From positions 243,288,001 to 243,352,000 of the forward strand of contig OZ024742.1 in the NCBI GenBank assembly GCA_964016885.1: DNA of 64,000 nucleotides. Direction: 5' to 3'. Made by a program: the position numbers and the translations under genes. This document shows, in pieces, positions 1 through 12,655 of the stretch; the first letter of the stretch is position 1; each line of letters opens with the position of its first letter. The notes under the pieces were generated by a model. That model saw only the letters and a list, made by a program, of their open reading frames with translations, was not told the origin of the DNA and made no database searches. This stretch comes from Eledone cirrhosa (Eukaryota).

Positions 1-1100
1 AATTGATTAACTGATTGGTTTATTAAGTGGTTGGTTGATCTGTTTGTTTTGTTGGTTGGCAGGTTAGTTCATTGATTGGCCGGTTGGTTGGTTGGTTGGT
101 TGGTTGGTTGGTTGGTTGACTGGTTGGTTGCCTGGTTGGAGGATTTATTGGCTGGTTGGTTTATTGGCTGCTTGGTTGATTGATTGGTAGATTGGTTGGT
201 TGGTTAGTTGATTGGTTGGTAGATTGGTTGGTTGGTTAGTTGATTGGTTGGTTGGTTGGTTGGTTGGTTGGTTGGTTGGTTGGTTGGTTGGTTGGTTGGC
301 TGGTTGGTTAGTTGGTTAGTTGGTTGGTTGGTTAGTTGGTCGGTTGGTAGATTGGTTGGTTGGTTGGTTGGCTGGTTGGTTGGTTAGTTGGTTGGTTGTC
401 TGGTTGGTTGGCTGGTTGGTTGGTTGGTTAGCTGGTTGGTTGGTTGGTTGGTTGGTTGGTTGGTTGGTTGGTTGGTTGGTTGGTTGGTTGGTTGGTTGGT
501 TGGTTGGCTGGTTGGTTGGTAGATTGGTTGGTTAGTTGGTTAGTTGATTGGTTGGTAGATTGGTTGGTTGGTTGGTTCGAAGCTGGTCGGTTGGTTGGTA
601 GATTCGTTGGTTTGCTACTTGTTTGTTAGGTTGGCTGGCTGGTTGGGTGGCTGGTTGATGGGAACTTGGTAATTAGTTGGCTAATTCGGTTAGCTGATTC
701 GGTGGTTGACTGACTGTTATTGATTGGTTGGCTGGATGGATGGTTGATTGCTTGCTAGCTGGGATGATTTGCTAGTTGGTTGATTGGCTGGTTGGCTGGG
801 TGGTTGGTTTGTTGATTGCTTGCTTGGAATGTTGGGTAATTGGTGGGTTTCCTGATTGCTTAATAAATTATTTATTTGGTTGGCTAATTAATTGAATATT
901 TAATTAACTAATTGGTTAGTTTATTGGTATGTTGTTTGTTGTATTAGTTCATTGATTGTTATAATCCTTGCTTGGTTGTTTCGTGGAGATATTCTTTGAC
1001 TGGTTTGTTGCTAGCTTGTTGATTGATCAGTTGGTAGAGTGGGAGTTCGATTTATTGATCTATTGAGTGATTGTTTGATTTGTTGGCTGGTTGATTGACT
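1..1100. repeat. (TTGG)n microsatellite, degenerating 3'-ward
   Basis: Direct inspection; source of ORFs 320-535 and 444-629. Confidence 0.95.
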
Positions 1101-1204
1101 GCTAAACTGATTAACTGATTAACTGATCGAATTATAGTTTAATTGTTCAGACCAGGTTTCCGGTTTAAGGACTTTTCCCGGACTAAGCAATGAATTTTTA
1201 TGCC

Positions 1205-1435
1205 ATTTTTTTTTGTAATTCAATTTTTTTTGTAATTCAATTTTTTTTTGTAATTCAATTTTTTTTTTGTAATTCAATTTTTTTTGTTTTTTTAATTCAA
1301 TTTTTCTTTTTTTGTAATTCAATTTTTTTTGTTTTTGTAATTCAATTTTTCTTTTTTTGTAATTCAATTTTTTTTGTTTTTGTAATTCAATTTTTCCTTT
1401 TTTTGTAATTCAATTTTTTTTTTTTTTTGTAATTA
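1205..1435. repeat. T-rich tandem repeat (Tn-GTAATTCAA unit)
   Basis: About 10 copies of gtaattcaa separated by T runs. Confidence 0.9.
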
Positions 1436-1449
1436 AAAAAAAATATTGT

Positions 1450-1940
1450 GAGATTCGGATCTTCGGTTACAGACCGTAGCATCTCAAGAGTCTTTTATCG
1501 TTGCTTTGACTTGACAAAAGATTTGTCAGTGATATTGGATAGGCGGAAACTGTGTGAATGACCAGTGAGTGGGCTGTACCTGTACTTCAAAAGGCGAGGT
1601 CGTGTTATATAGCGTCACACTAATTCCGTTAGAGGATTACATAAGGCGTTGAAGTGTCTGTAGAATACTCAACCACTTACATGATATAAGCCTACAAGAG
1701 CTGACATTGATAAAGGCCTAACGCGGGAATAGGCAAAAACCAAGCATATATGTTATATGATATATACTAAAGGCAAGGTCGTGTTATATAGCGTTACACT
1801 AATTCCATTGGAGGATTACATTAAGCGTTGAAGTATCTGTAGAATACTCAACTACTTCTAAGTTGACATTGATATAAGAGTTGACATTGATAAAGGCCTA
1901 ACACGGGAATAGGCAAATACCAAGCATATATGTTATGTGA
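1450..1940 (+). mobile_element. Degenerate SINE (second family) with a ~180 bp tandem duplication of its 3' part
   Basis: 1589-1760 and 1768-1940 are near-identical. The body resembles 14160-14340, 41820-42010 and 53925-54065. Confidence 0.6.
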
Positions 1941-2976
1941 TAAATAACTATTTATCACATATGTATGAAATTTGTAGAAATTTGTTGCTTTTTTCTACAA
2001 ATTTCTATAAATTTCATACTTGACGGTCCAACACTAGCACATATGTAAGATTTAACAATGTATAAATACAGTGTATAAATACAATGTATAATATTGGGTC
2101 GTCAAGTATGAAATTTGTAGAAATTTGTGTTTTTTCTATAATTTTCTACAAATTCCGTACTTGATGATCCCATACGCGGCAAGAATGAAGGCTGAACGTA
2201 ATTTACAGAAACATACCGACATGTATAGATCCACGAGCGACTTGATGAAAGACTTATTATACAAACGAATGCGTGATTTTATAGTGTGCAACTTTACATT
2301 CTCAAACTCTGTGTGTGTGTGTGTGTGAGTGTGTGTGCGCGTATGCGTTTGTGCGTGAGTGTGAATGCCATAGTTTCATGTGTTTGTGTGTGTCGTGATT
2401 AAGATAAACATGTTTTGTCCAGTTTAAATATTTCTGTTGAGTGAGCTCGTGTACACGCACGTGTGTGTGTGTGTGCGTGTGTGTATGTGTGTATGTGTAG
2501 GTGCGTGTGTGTGTCTGTGTGTGCGTGTATGTATGTGTGTGTGTATGTATGTGTATGTATGTGTCTGTGTGTGCGTGTATGTATGTGTGTGTGTATGTAT
2601 GTGTATATATGTGTCTGTGTGTATGTATGTGTGTGTGTCTGTGTCTGTGTCTGTGTGTGTGCGTGTGTGTGTGTGTGTGTGTGTATGTGTAGGTGCGTGT
2701 ATATGTGTGTGTGTGTGTCTGTATGTGTGTGTCTCTGTGTCTGTATGTGTGTGTGTATGTGTGTGTGTGTACGTATATCTGTAGGTATACAAATACTGCA
2801 GTAGGTTCGGGTGGCAGTCCAATATGTCGTCACACAGCTTACATTGTCCACTAATTCGAAGATAACTGTTGTTCCTTGTTCTCTCTTTCATCAACAGCCA
2901 CTAGTAAATTAAGTTTATTGACCCAACTCAGAGAATGCCGTCCCTCAACCAGTTTCTATAAATTTCAATCTCTCTC

Positions 2977-3017
<41 letters not shown>

Positions 3018-3095
3018 TTCTCTCTCTTTCACTCTTTTCTCTCTCTCCCTCTCTCTTTCACTCTTTTCTCTCTCTCCCTCTCTCTTTCACTCTTT

Positions 3096-3164
<69 letters not shown>

Positions 3165-3283
3165 GGGAATCAGTAAAATCGAATCTCTGGCGGTTTGCAA
3201 GATATATATATATATTGTTATACTATATATATATTGTTATATATATATATATTGTTAAATTTATAAATTTAATTTATAATAAA

Positions 3284-4235
3284 CTAGCAGTAAAGCTCGG
3301 CGTTGCTCGGGGTCGCTCAGTAGCTGTGTTAAAGTTACAATGTTAAGTTTCTTTCTTGGCTTAAAAACTGTAGTGTCTACTGTGCAGATTTGCATGTGGT
3401 GTTTTTGATTAATATTCCCTCAACCAACAATATGCCTTATGAAGTTAAGAAAACATAACGATAACCCGAATGTTATAACAAAAGAGGATGCTGGGGATAG
3501 AAACTGCACTGGTTATTTATTAACAAAGATCGAAAATGTAAACACTGCAACGCAGAGAAAAACATTAGCGTAACCAAATTATCAGTTATGTCTGGCTGCA
3601 CGCCTATATCACCTCTCTGCACGACTGTCTGTCTGCACGCCTATATCACCTCTCTGCACGACTGTCTGTCTGCACGCCTATATCACCTCTCTGCACGACT
3701 ATCTGTCTGCACGCCTATATCACCTCTCTGCACGACTATCTGTCTGCACGCGTATATCACTTCTCTGCACGACTGTCTGTCTGCACGACTGTCTGTCTGC
3801 ACGCCTAACGACGAAATATTTGCTTGTTTTACGTAGTCTTTAAATAGACTTGTTTTCAAGTAAAAATATTGTTTTAAAATGCTTTTAAATGGAAATGAAG
3901 CAAAACGGAAGCTTAGTGTTCGAACTGATGAATTTTGCAGGTCAATATTTTGCTGGCTCGACAACTGTTAAAGCCAGCGTAATTTTTTACGTAAGACGCT
4001 CAATGTAAACAGAACAAAGGGAAATAACTGATAACTTACGCTCAAAAATCGATACATTATATTCGATTTCGTCACATAGGGTGGGTCAATTTGAAATTTT
4101 TTTTTTTCCGATGTCTTCGCTAGGGCTCAATGTACAAGTCTCGCAATTTCGGTGCAATTCCGTGAGAGATTCTAAGAGGAGATGTGTGCCGAAAATCGAT
4201 AGACAGACAGACAACCACAGTTTTATATATATAGA
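3284..4235 (-). mobile_element. Non-autonomous Helitron
   Basis: On the minus strand: A|TCTATATATATAAAA 5' end followed by (CTGT)n, subterminal hairpin CCCGAGCAACGCCGAG, and CTAG|T 3' end. Confidence 0.8.
3596..3806. repeat. 37-bp minisatellite (~5.5 copies) inside the Helitron
   Basis: Unit ctgcacgcctatatcacctctctgcacgactgtctgt starts at 3596, 3633, 3670, 3707 and 3744, plus a partial copy. Confidence 0.95.
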
Positions 4236-4357
4236 TTGGAGTGAAAGCAACTGGTGCGTGTGTTTCTTATTCGCAACATGACCCTCCCAAAGTATAACAA
4301 TATCGGTTTCAACACACGTTTTCAGATAAAGAATCTTGCTAAACAAATTCAGAAACG

Positions 4358-4431
<74 letters not shown>

Positions 4432-4496
4432 CTCTCTCTCTTTCCTTCTTTTTTCTGTCTCTCTTTCTCTTTCTCTTTCTCTCTCTCTCTCTATTC

Positions 4497-4615
<119 letters not shown>

Positions 4616-4742
4616 TGTGTGTGTGTGTGTGTAAGAGAGTAATTGAAAGTGGAAAAATCCACTCGTGTTTTAACAAGGTGCGTTGAAGCTCATTATGATT
4701 TCCTTCGAATGAAACAGTTCTAGTCCTGTACAAGCCATTTCC

Positions 4743-4787
<45 letters not shown>

Positions 4788-4789
<2 letters not shown>

Positions 4790-4969
4790 CGAAGGTAGTG
4801 TGGCAAGGAACCAGGTGGACCATAACGCATCAGAGTACTCTATACTTAGGGTACTAGAGTGGGTAATAGGAAAATGTTCAAGACCCCGAGGGCAGAGCTC
4901 AGGCCGTTTCGACGGTTGAGGGACGGCATTCTCTGAGTTGAGCTCTGCCGTCGGGGCCTTGAACATTTT

Positions 4970-4974
<5 letters not shown>
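4788..4974 (-). mobile_element. Fold-back Penelope-like miniature element, family B
   Basis: Lies between (TA)n tracts. Inverted arms 4866-4901/4939-4974 with a one-sided tail; homologous to 6243-6443 and 36518-36753. Confidence 0.65.
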
Positions 4975-5007
<33 letters not shown>

Positions 5008-5012
<5 letters not shown>

Positions 5013-5440
5013 TAAAATAACAAATTAAAGTTTAAGCAAAGAATCGCTGCTTTCACCCTTAACGGGATCTTCTGAAACTAACAAAGTCAATCTGTAAACG
5101 CAGAACTGGATATTTCAAAAAACGTTGCAACCGGAGGAAGACAGGAAGACGATACTTTGGTTCATGGTGACGTTCGCTGGCAAAGAACGGGAAAAAAAAC
5201 GAATAATACGTCATTAATAGGTGCGGTGAAAAACAATTACGTGCAAGGACAGAACCACGTTTGTGGTATAAAAGAGGTCGTAGACTAATGTTCTCTAAGT
5301 GGTGCATAGAGACGTTCTCTGGCAATGAACGAAAAAACGAAGATAATAAGTCATATGTGGAGCGTGGAGAACAATAGCACGCAAAGACAAAACCACGTAA
5401 ATGGTATAGCAGAAGTCGTAGACTAAAATTCTAACTAGGA
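5008..5440 (-). mobile_element. (TA)n-associated repeat family C (probable PLE 3' region) with an internal ~140 bp diverged direct repeat
   Basis: 5010-5120 is the reverse complement of 19410-19510 and 37615-37685. Related tail pieces lie at 5725-5768, 19600-19655, 37545-37590 and 38352-38470. Confidence 0.55.
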
Positions 5441-5990
5441 GACCGAATGAATCTCCGCTACAGAGTTAAGAACAAAGTAAATAAATACATTACAGAAGTA
5501 ATAGAAACAAATAAATACATACGCGCAAACAGATACGTACATACACAAGCATACGCAAAACCTTACCATAGGTATACAAAACCACGCACATATAAATATG
5601 TGTGTGTGTGTATGCTTGTGTACAAATAAATAAATAATTATATAAACGTATATAAGTAAATAAATACGTATATAACAAGCGCACACACATACCTACAAAT
5701 AAATACACGAAGGTTCGGAGACGTAAGCCCTCTCTGGATTTTAGTCTTCAATTTTATTATTATTACTATATATATATATATGATATAATATATATATGGT
5801 ATGGTCTCGTAACTCCTGAGAATGATACAAAGTGAGAGAGAGAGGAAGCGAGAAAGAGATGTCGAGGAAGAATCGACCTCAGCACTTGACTGGTATTTTT
5901 TTATCGACCTCGAAAGAATGAAAGGCAAAGCTGACCTCTGCAGGATTTGAACTCAGGTAGTGCAGATTCGGAACACAAAGCATTCTGACG

Positions 5991-6022
<32 letters not shown>

Positions 6023-6024
<2 letters not shown>

Positions 6025-6224
6025 GTTATTCCGGGTTGAATCGGGGGTAACCACGGTAAGTAAGGTACTCAATACATAGCAGAGTATAAAAGTTTTAATA
6101 TAGATGAGATTCTACAGGACTAGAACTGTTTCATTCTTAAGAAATCATGAGGAATCCCGATTCCTGATGATTTCTTAAGAATGAAACAGTCCTAGTCCTG
6201 AAGAATCTCATTTATATTAAAACT
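6023..6224 (-). mobile_element. Fold-back PLE-like element, family A, with hammerhead-like core
   Basis: Arms 6091-6156/6159-6224. Core CTGATGA-TTTCTTAAGAAT-GAAAC...GTC at 6164-6197. Homologous to 25853-26013 and 4690-4745. Confidence 0.65.
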
Positions 6225-6242
6225 ATATATATATATATATAT

Positions 6243-6443
6243 ATAGGAACGAGTAGGACCCCGACGGCTGAGCTCAAGCCGTTTCGACGGCTCATTCTGG
6301 ATTTAGTCCAGAATTAGCCGTCGAAACGGCTTGAGCTCAGCCGTCGGGGTTTTACTCGTTCCTATTACCCACTCTACTACTCTAAGTATTGAGTACTTTG
6401 GTGCGTTATGGTCCATCTGGTTCCTTACCACATTTCCTTCGTT
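6243..6443 (+). mobile_element. Fold-back PLE-like element, family B
   Basis: Arms 6243-6301/6307-6365, then a tail containing GTATTGAGTACT; flanked by (TA)n. Confidence 0.65.
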
Positions 6444-7695
6444 ATATATACACATATATATATATATATATATATATATTCATTTTATTAAGGCTAAATA
6501 GTGAGTCTTGTTACTCTGGTGTTAAAATACCTCTGCTTAAAATACCGTTTGTGAGGCTTATATATGTTATTATATATAAACATATTGTATATGCTTCTAT
6601 ATATATATATACATCTTTCCTTCGCTTTTTCTCTCTTTCTCTTTATATATATATAGAGAGAGAGTGTGTGTGTGAGAGAGAGAGTGGGGCGTAGAAAGAT
6701 AGATACAGAGAGGGGGGGGGCTATTATGTGCACTAGAGCATATACGCGTGTGTATGAACGTGTGAAAGAATGTTCATGAAATTTTGATTGCAATGGTAGA
6801 TGTCTATTGTAAGAGTGTTCATTAAAAAAAATTGAGACTTACTCCATGTATGAGTAATAGAATATGTTAGTGTGTGAATGAATAAATGAATGAATAACGA
6901 ATAAATTCCGTTCTACCATAGATCTGCAACCATTCAAAACAAAGGTTAAGGGTATTAACCCCAGGCAATTACTTATCCCTATCCATCATCCGACATAGAA
7001 ACGTTAAGTTACTTTTGGGCCACCTAACTGCTGTTTTCAATGATTTATTTTTGTTGTGTTTGGGCTTTTATGTTGATGTTTTGGGTTCTTTTTGATGTTT
7101 TTGTGGGGGGGGGGGGGGGCTACACCCCCCAACCGCCTCAACGGACTGGTGCTTAGCTCCAGTTTCCTAACGTTAGTCAGATGAGAAAATAAATCTTCTT
7201 CTGGAGAGTTCGTCGGTCTATTTCATGCTTCATTTTCAGTCTCTGGTGATTCGGTAACTGCTACAATGTAACATTATATGCGCTAATCTCTGAAAATTTG
7301 AATATTAATTATATATATATACGATGATAATCTACTATGATAAATAGACTCAACTAAGTAAGCTATTTTGTTTCGACTGCACATCATTATAGGGAAACTG
7401 TCGTTTCATGTAAGAGCAACGAATAGAAATGTATGTGTTTATCAGTCCTCAAATAGTGATGCATGCATGGAGCTGATTATATTTACTAAATAGGTGTGTA
7501 ACCATCCTTGTATGCCAATGTGTATGTGGATGTATGCATGTGTGTATATCTAAGTATATTTGTGTATGTATGTATGTATGTATGTATGTATGTATGTATG
7601 TATGTATGTATGTATGTATGTATGTATTATGTATGTATGTATGTATGTATGTATGTATGTATTATGTATGTATGTATGTATGTATGTATGTATAA

Positions 7696-8287
7696 GCTAC
7701 TGGTAACATTTATTCCAGTACAACCTGTCCCATGGTCGGGTCGTTGGCGACTAAACTGGCAACCTCACCAATGTTTCTTGGTGAGGAGGGTGACTTTGGA
7801 CATCCTGCAGGACTAAAAACAAAACCTGTCAAAGGGCAAAGGAGCTCTTAAGAGTCAATGGCCATCCAAAATCACCGGGAGAGATGACCCCTTAGCCTTT
7901 GTCAAGGCAGAATTCTAGGAGAAGGAAAAGTCTGATATAACACCTGCAACCATGATGGTATCCAATGATGTTGACTTGTTCTTCTTTTTGGTAAATATCA
8001 TCTTGGTTAAGAGAGTGGGACTGGCTTTGTGCAGTGCCTTTGCTCACTATAAAAGCTTCACGGCACAGGCATTGCTTTATATCTGGAGATCTCTCTGCAC
8101 TTGTCGTCACATGGTACCATGGGCCCAGCACTATGTGTCAATAATTGTCACAAGTGTAGTGTTTGTACCAGAGTTTTCAAGTCACTGGCTGGACTAAAAA
8201 GTCACACTCGTTCAGCGCATCGGTAGGAGTTCTCCTACATGGATATAAAGTAGTGGCCGTACTCGAAAACGAGTTGGAAGCCACCAT
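7696..8287 (+). mobile_element. RTE-derived bipartite non-autonomous retroposon (SINE)
   Basis: RTE-like 5'UTR motif GGAGAAGGAAA(A)NTCTGA. The 3' part encodes C2H2 CSVCTRVFKSLAGLKSHTRSAH, followed by a short tail. Sits in (TATG)n; near-identical to 43584-44080 and 48478-49035. Confidence 0.75.
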
Positions 8288-8414
8288 ATATATGCATATA
8301 TATACACATATACACATATGGAGGGGGCAGAGGCAAATGTCTGAATACGCACGTTTTCCGTTCCTTCCTCATCTCACTCTCTATATTTCTATTTCATCTT
8401 TTATTTCTCATTCT

Positions 8415-8452
8415 ATCTACTGATGAAGAATTAATGTCCGAAACGTTAAGAC
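8415..8452 (+). ncRNA. Minimal hammerhead-like motif, family D
   Basis: CTGATGA-A-(helix II)-CGAAACGTT-AAGA. Homologues at 21138-21173, 55288-55324 and 40290-40317 give consensus TCTT CTGATGA A GGAC-TAAT-GTCC GAAA CGTT AAGA. Confidence 0.55.
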
Positions 8453-8704
8453 TCTTTTCCTATTATTTCAAGCGTTAAACTTATATATTTCTTCATTGTA
8501 CTGTCTCGTTTGCTTTGTTATTCCTGTTTACTTTTTACATACATGTTTTTGTATATATACATATATATGCATATATATATATACGGGATAACAAATTATT
8601 CTTATAGGTAGTCCACCTAGACCGACCAGTTCAGAGAAACAATTGTCAGCAATGTGATTAAAGCCCTTATTGTATAGCAAACCGTGTCACTCTTCTTTCT
8701 TGAT

Positions 8705-8772
<68 letters not shown>

Positions 8773-9064
8773 TCTACTTTAGGCACAAGGCCAGCAATTA
8801 CCCAGTGCATTACTGGTACTTTATTTTATCGACCCCGTAAGGATGTAAGGCAAAGTCAACCTCGGCGGTATATATATATATATATATAGATATATAGATA
8901 TATATATATATATATATTGATAGATAGATATGTTTCTAGATAGATAGATAGATAGATAGATTAGATAGATAGATACGTACAAAGACACACACACACACAC
9001 ACACATACATACATACATATATGTGTGTGCGCGCGTGTGTGTGTGTGTCTGTGTGTGTGTGTGT

Positions 9065-9149
<85 letters not shown>

Positions 9150-9498
9150 TATGTATGTATGTATATGCATGTGTTCGATCCAATTTTTCCGTCTCCCGAA
9201 TTATCTAACATTAGGAAGGCTTTCAGTGCCAGACACTGTAAACCAGCTGGAATTTGCTCGACCTATTAGACACGGGGATTAAATCTTCCCCAAACAACGC
9301 TCTACAAATCAATATAGTTCTGAACATAAGAAATAACAGGATGGTTAAAGTTGAAAAATATTTTATCATAGTTTTGAGCGATAAGGGCTGACTTTAAGCT
9401 AAGCAGGAGACGAATTGGCAGCGTCCTTAGAACAAAATACCTGACTTCAAATCCTGTTGAGATCAACTTTACCTTTCATCTTTTCGAGATCGATAAAA

Positions 9499-9690
9499 CT
9501 GACCTGCCAACCTCTAAAAACTCAAACGGGGGGTACCATGAAAAAGTGCCCCCAAACAGGGAAAAATCAGGCAAAATGAGGAGATTTTACATAATGAAAG
9601 TTATACCCATTTTCATAAGAGAAGTCATTTCTCATCCACTCCAAAGGCTATTGCAAAGCTCCCCGTCGGACGGGGGTGTTGACAGGTCTG
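9499..9690. mobile_element. MITE with C(A)GACCTGCCAAC terminal inverted repeats (TIRs), inserted in a SINE
   Basis: Ends ctgacctgccaac...gttgacaggtctg with ATAAAA duplicated on both sides. Second copy at 56234-56402 in the opposite orientation. Confidence 0.7.
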
Positions 9691-10264
9691 ATAAAATAAA
9701 GTACAAGACCAGGCTGGTGGACTGCTGGATTTGTTAAAGTAGCTGAAGAATTGCCTTGCAGTATTTGTTCCGGCTCGTTGCATTCTGATTTGGTGGGGGA
9801 GCTTAAACCGTAGCCCAGTTTAACACCACCACTTCACACTTGTTATACGTATTGCGGCCATATCTCCAGTTTAAGGATAACTTCTTCCCCTCTTCCCATT
9901 AGTCTAGCAAAAAATCAAAAACGCTCAAAGAATCAAAGCCTTCTTTCCTTGACAAAGTAACAGAAAATATTAAACATATTAAATAACATATTATGTTATA
10001 AAATGTGAACCAAAATGGAATCGCTATTTGCTTAATAATGAGTATGGACATTCTGACTAGGACTGCTTTCATAATTTGTTTCGATTTCAGTTTTGCTATT
10101 TAATACATGATAAATAGCTAAGTATCTCATGTTCCATCATCTGTCTGATCGAGACAACAACAACAACAAGGAAAATTAAAAATACATAAACTGCAGCTCT
10201 CTTCAGTTCGATAAAAATAAGAAAAAAATTAATAGACGTAATCACTTACAGAGCGACAGCAACA

Positions 10265-10290
10265 GTAACTACTACTACTTAATACTACTA

Positions 10291-10325
<35 letters not shown>

Positions 10326-10435
10326 ACTACTACTACTGCTATTACTACTACTACTACTACTAATACTAGTACTATTACTACAATTACTACTACTACTACT
10401 ACTACTACTACTAATACTAGTACTATTACTACAAT

Positions 10436-10482
<47 letters not shown>

Positions 10483-10918
10483 TTACTACTATTACTACTA
10501 CTACTAATAGCTAATGACAGAACCTCTGTGTGGTCGATCAAACTGTTAGAAATAACAGGCAAATCTCCCTTAAAACACTCTTTCATCTCAAACTATCGAA
10601 AGTATTCATTAGGTAATGTAATTTTCTCCTACATATCCCTCATAAGATGTGATGAACTCGGCTAGAATGCCTTTGCACGTAGGCCTCGAAGTCGGGGTGG
10701 ATACGGGGCTAAACAGTAACAACTGCTACTGCTGCTGCTGCTGCTACTACTACTACTACTACTACTGTTACTACTACTACTATTACTACTACTACTACTT
10801 CTACTGCTACCATTACTACTAACATTACTACTACTACTACTACTACTACTATTACTACTACTACTACTACTGTTACTACTACTACTACTACTATTACTAC
10901 TACTACTACTATTATTAT

Positions 10919-10951
<33 letters not shown>

Positions 10952-10960
10952 TGCTACCAT

Positions 10961-10994
<34 letters not shown>

Positions 10995-11520
10995 GTTACC
11001 AATTCAATAACAACAACTACAGTAGCGAAAAAAAAATGTTTAATAATATAAACGGTTTTATCAACCGCAGTAATTACAACTACAACACTAACAACAACAA
11101 AACTAACAACAACAACAACAACAACAACAACAGCAAAAGCATTCATTCAGAATGCATCGACGCGAAAGTAATTTTTCATTATAGCGAAAACAACAAAGAA
11201 TATTTTACCCTCACAACAACAATAACAACATTTTTCAGTAGCAACAGCAATAACAACAGCAGCAATAACAACAACAATAACAACAACAATAACAACAACA
11301 ATAAAAACAACATCATTGTTCAACGAAACCGGGGCAGCAACAATAATGACAATCACAATAGCAAGAATGTTCGGCAAGAATGTAACAGTAATAAGAACAG
11401 TTACAATAACAAGCAATCTTCAGTGTGAAAGTAATTACTAAATCAACAACAACAACAACAACAATAAGAGCAACAGCAGCAATAAAAAACATCAACAGTA
11501 ACAACAGCAACCTCAAAATT
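10265..11520. repeat. (ACT)n and (AAC)n trinucleotide microsatellite block
   Basis: Direct inspection; produces the poly-S/V/N ORFs. Interrupted by a SINE fragment at about 10520-10715. Confidence 0.9.
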
Positions 11521-11929
11521 AACAATTTTGATAATGATTTTGAAGTAGCGGGACCTTTATAAATTTCATGTTTTATCATTTTTAATTTCTATTTTGATCT
11601 TTATAACACTTTTTCAATAAGTTAAATATTTAGATTATGTCATCGATTTTTTTTATAATTAAGGGTTTTTGATAGTGTAACACTTGAACACATACTGTGG
11701 TAACGACAATGATGTTATACATAAGGATTTCTTTACTTTTTTCGCGAAAAGCGAACTAGCCAATTACACCAACTCACACACCCTATGATATTATAAGCAA
11801 TAATATTTTCTATATTTTCAACTCAGACCTTAAAGGACCGTAACTCTATGCTGCAAAGCATGGTGTCCGATGCTCTACCAATTCTTCCAATCCACCACCC
11901 TACTGTCTCCTTAAATAATGGACACTTTA

Positions 11930-12110
11930 CATAATTGTTTCTACTTTAGGCACAAGGCCAGCAAATACCCAGTGCATTACTGGTACTTTATTTTATCGAC
12001 CCCGTAAGGATGAAAGGCAAAGTCAACCTCGGCGGGATTTGAACTCAGATCATAAAGGGACGTAACTATACTGGAAAACATGGCGTCCGACCCTCTACCG
12101 ATACTGCCAA
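11930..12110 (-). mobile_element. tRNA-derived SINE, dominant family (representative copy)
   Basis: Consensus TGGCAGTATCGGTAG (A-box-like) ... GAGTTCAAATCCC (B-box) ... GCCTTTCATCCTTACGGGGTCGATAAAATAAAGTACCAG ... GGCCTTGTGCC..AGTAGAAAC(AATT). The central domain resembles my recollection of the MetaSINE domain (unverified). Confidence 0.85.
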
Positions 12111-12424
12111 TAATGTAGTCTTACGTGTTGGAATACAGTGGTCATGCCTGGAGTACTTTGAATCATAGGAATATATTGGGTAACAGTTCTACATACCCTT
12201 AAAAACAAGATGGACATGGCTAGGATGCTTTTGATCATAGCTTTCCTGGACCAGAGCAACAATAACAAAAGTTATCTTCAGTAATACAATAATCAGCGTG
12301 GAACGAAAAACAAAAAAGCATTAAAAATGACAAAAGACAGGACCAAAAGTCAGACAATGATTAATAACGTTTTTATTTAGTCACAAATTAAACCTTATCT
12401 AGTAAATCTATGATCAAACACGTT

Positions 12425-12655
12425 CCAGCCGGTTCAATCCAGTTGAGCTGGCTAGCCGCAGGTGTGAGCCTCGCGAGATGGAATGCCTCTTCCAGAGCAT
12501 CTCCCTTACCATCCTCCGGGGAAACGCCTTCTCCATTCTGTTCGCCGGGAGCTGTGGGGAGGCCAGCACGTGGGACCCCATTTGCTCATAATACAGAGAG
12601 ATGGAAGCGATGACAGTGGGAGTTCGGCACTTCTGTGTTCGGACCTGGTGTGGAG
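12425..12655 (+). mobile_element. CRE-like non-LTR retrotransposon 3' fragment
   Basis: Translates VELASRRCEPREMECLFQSISLTILRGNAFSIL, the C-terminal QRxSxxxxRGNA motif. Homologous to 63409-63785. Confidence 0.75.

Noticed and set aside
3596-3806. 37-bp repeats (and the 18-bp array at 36112-36400) as a CRISPR array
   Set aside because: Head-to-tail tandem units with no unique spacers, no cas genes, and a eukaryotic context.
6290-6312. Local capture in the third family-B loop (similar to 5733-5746)
   Set aside because: TCTGGATT is part of the element arm (also present at 36571) and the match is too short.
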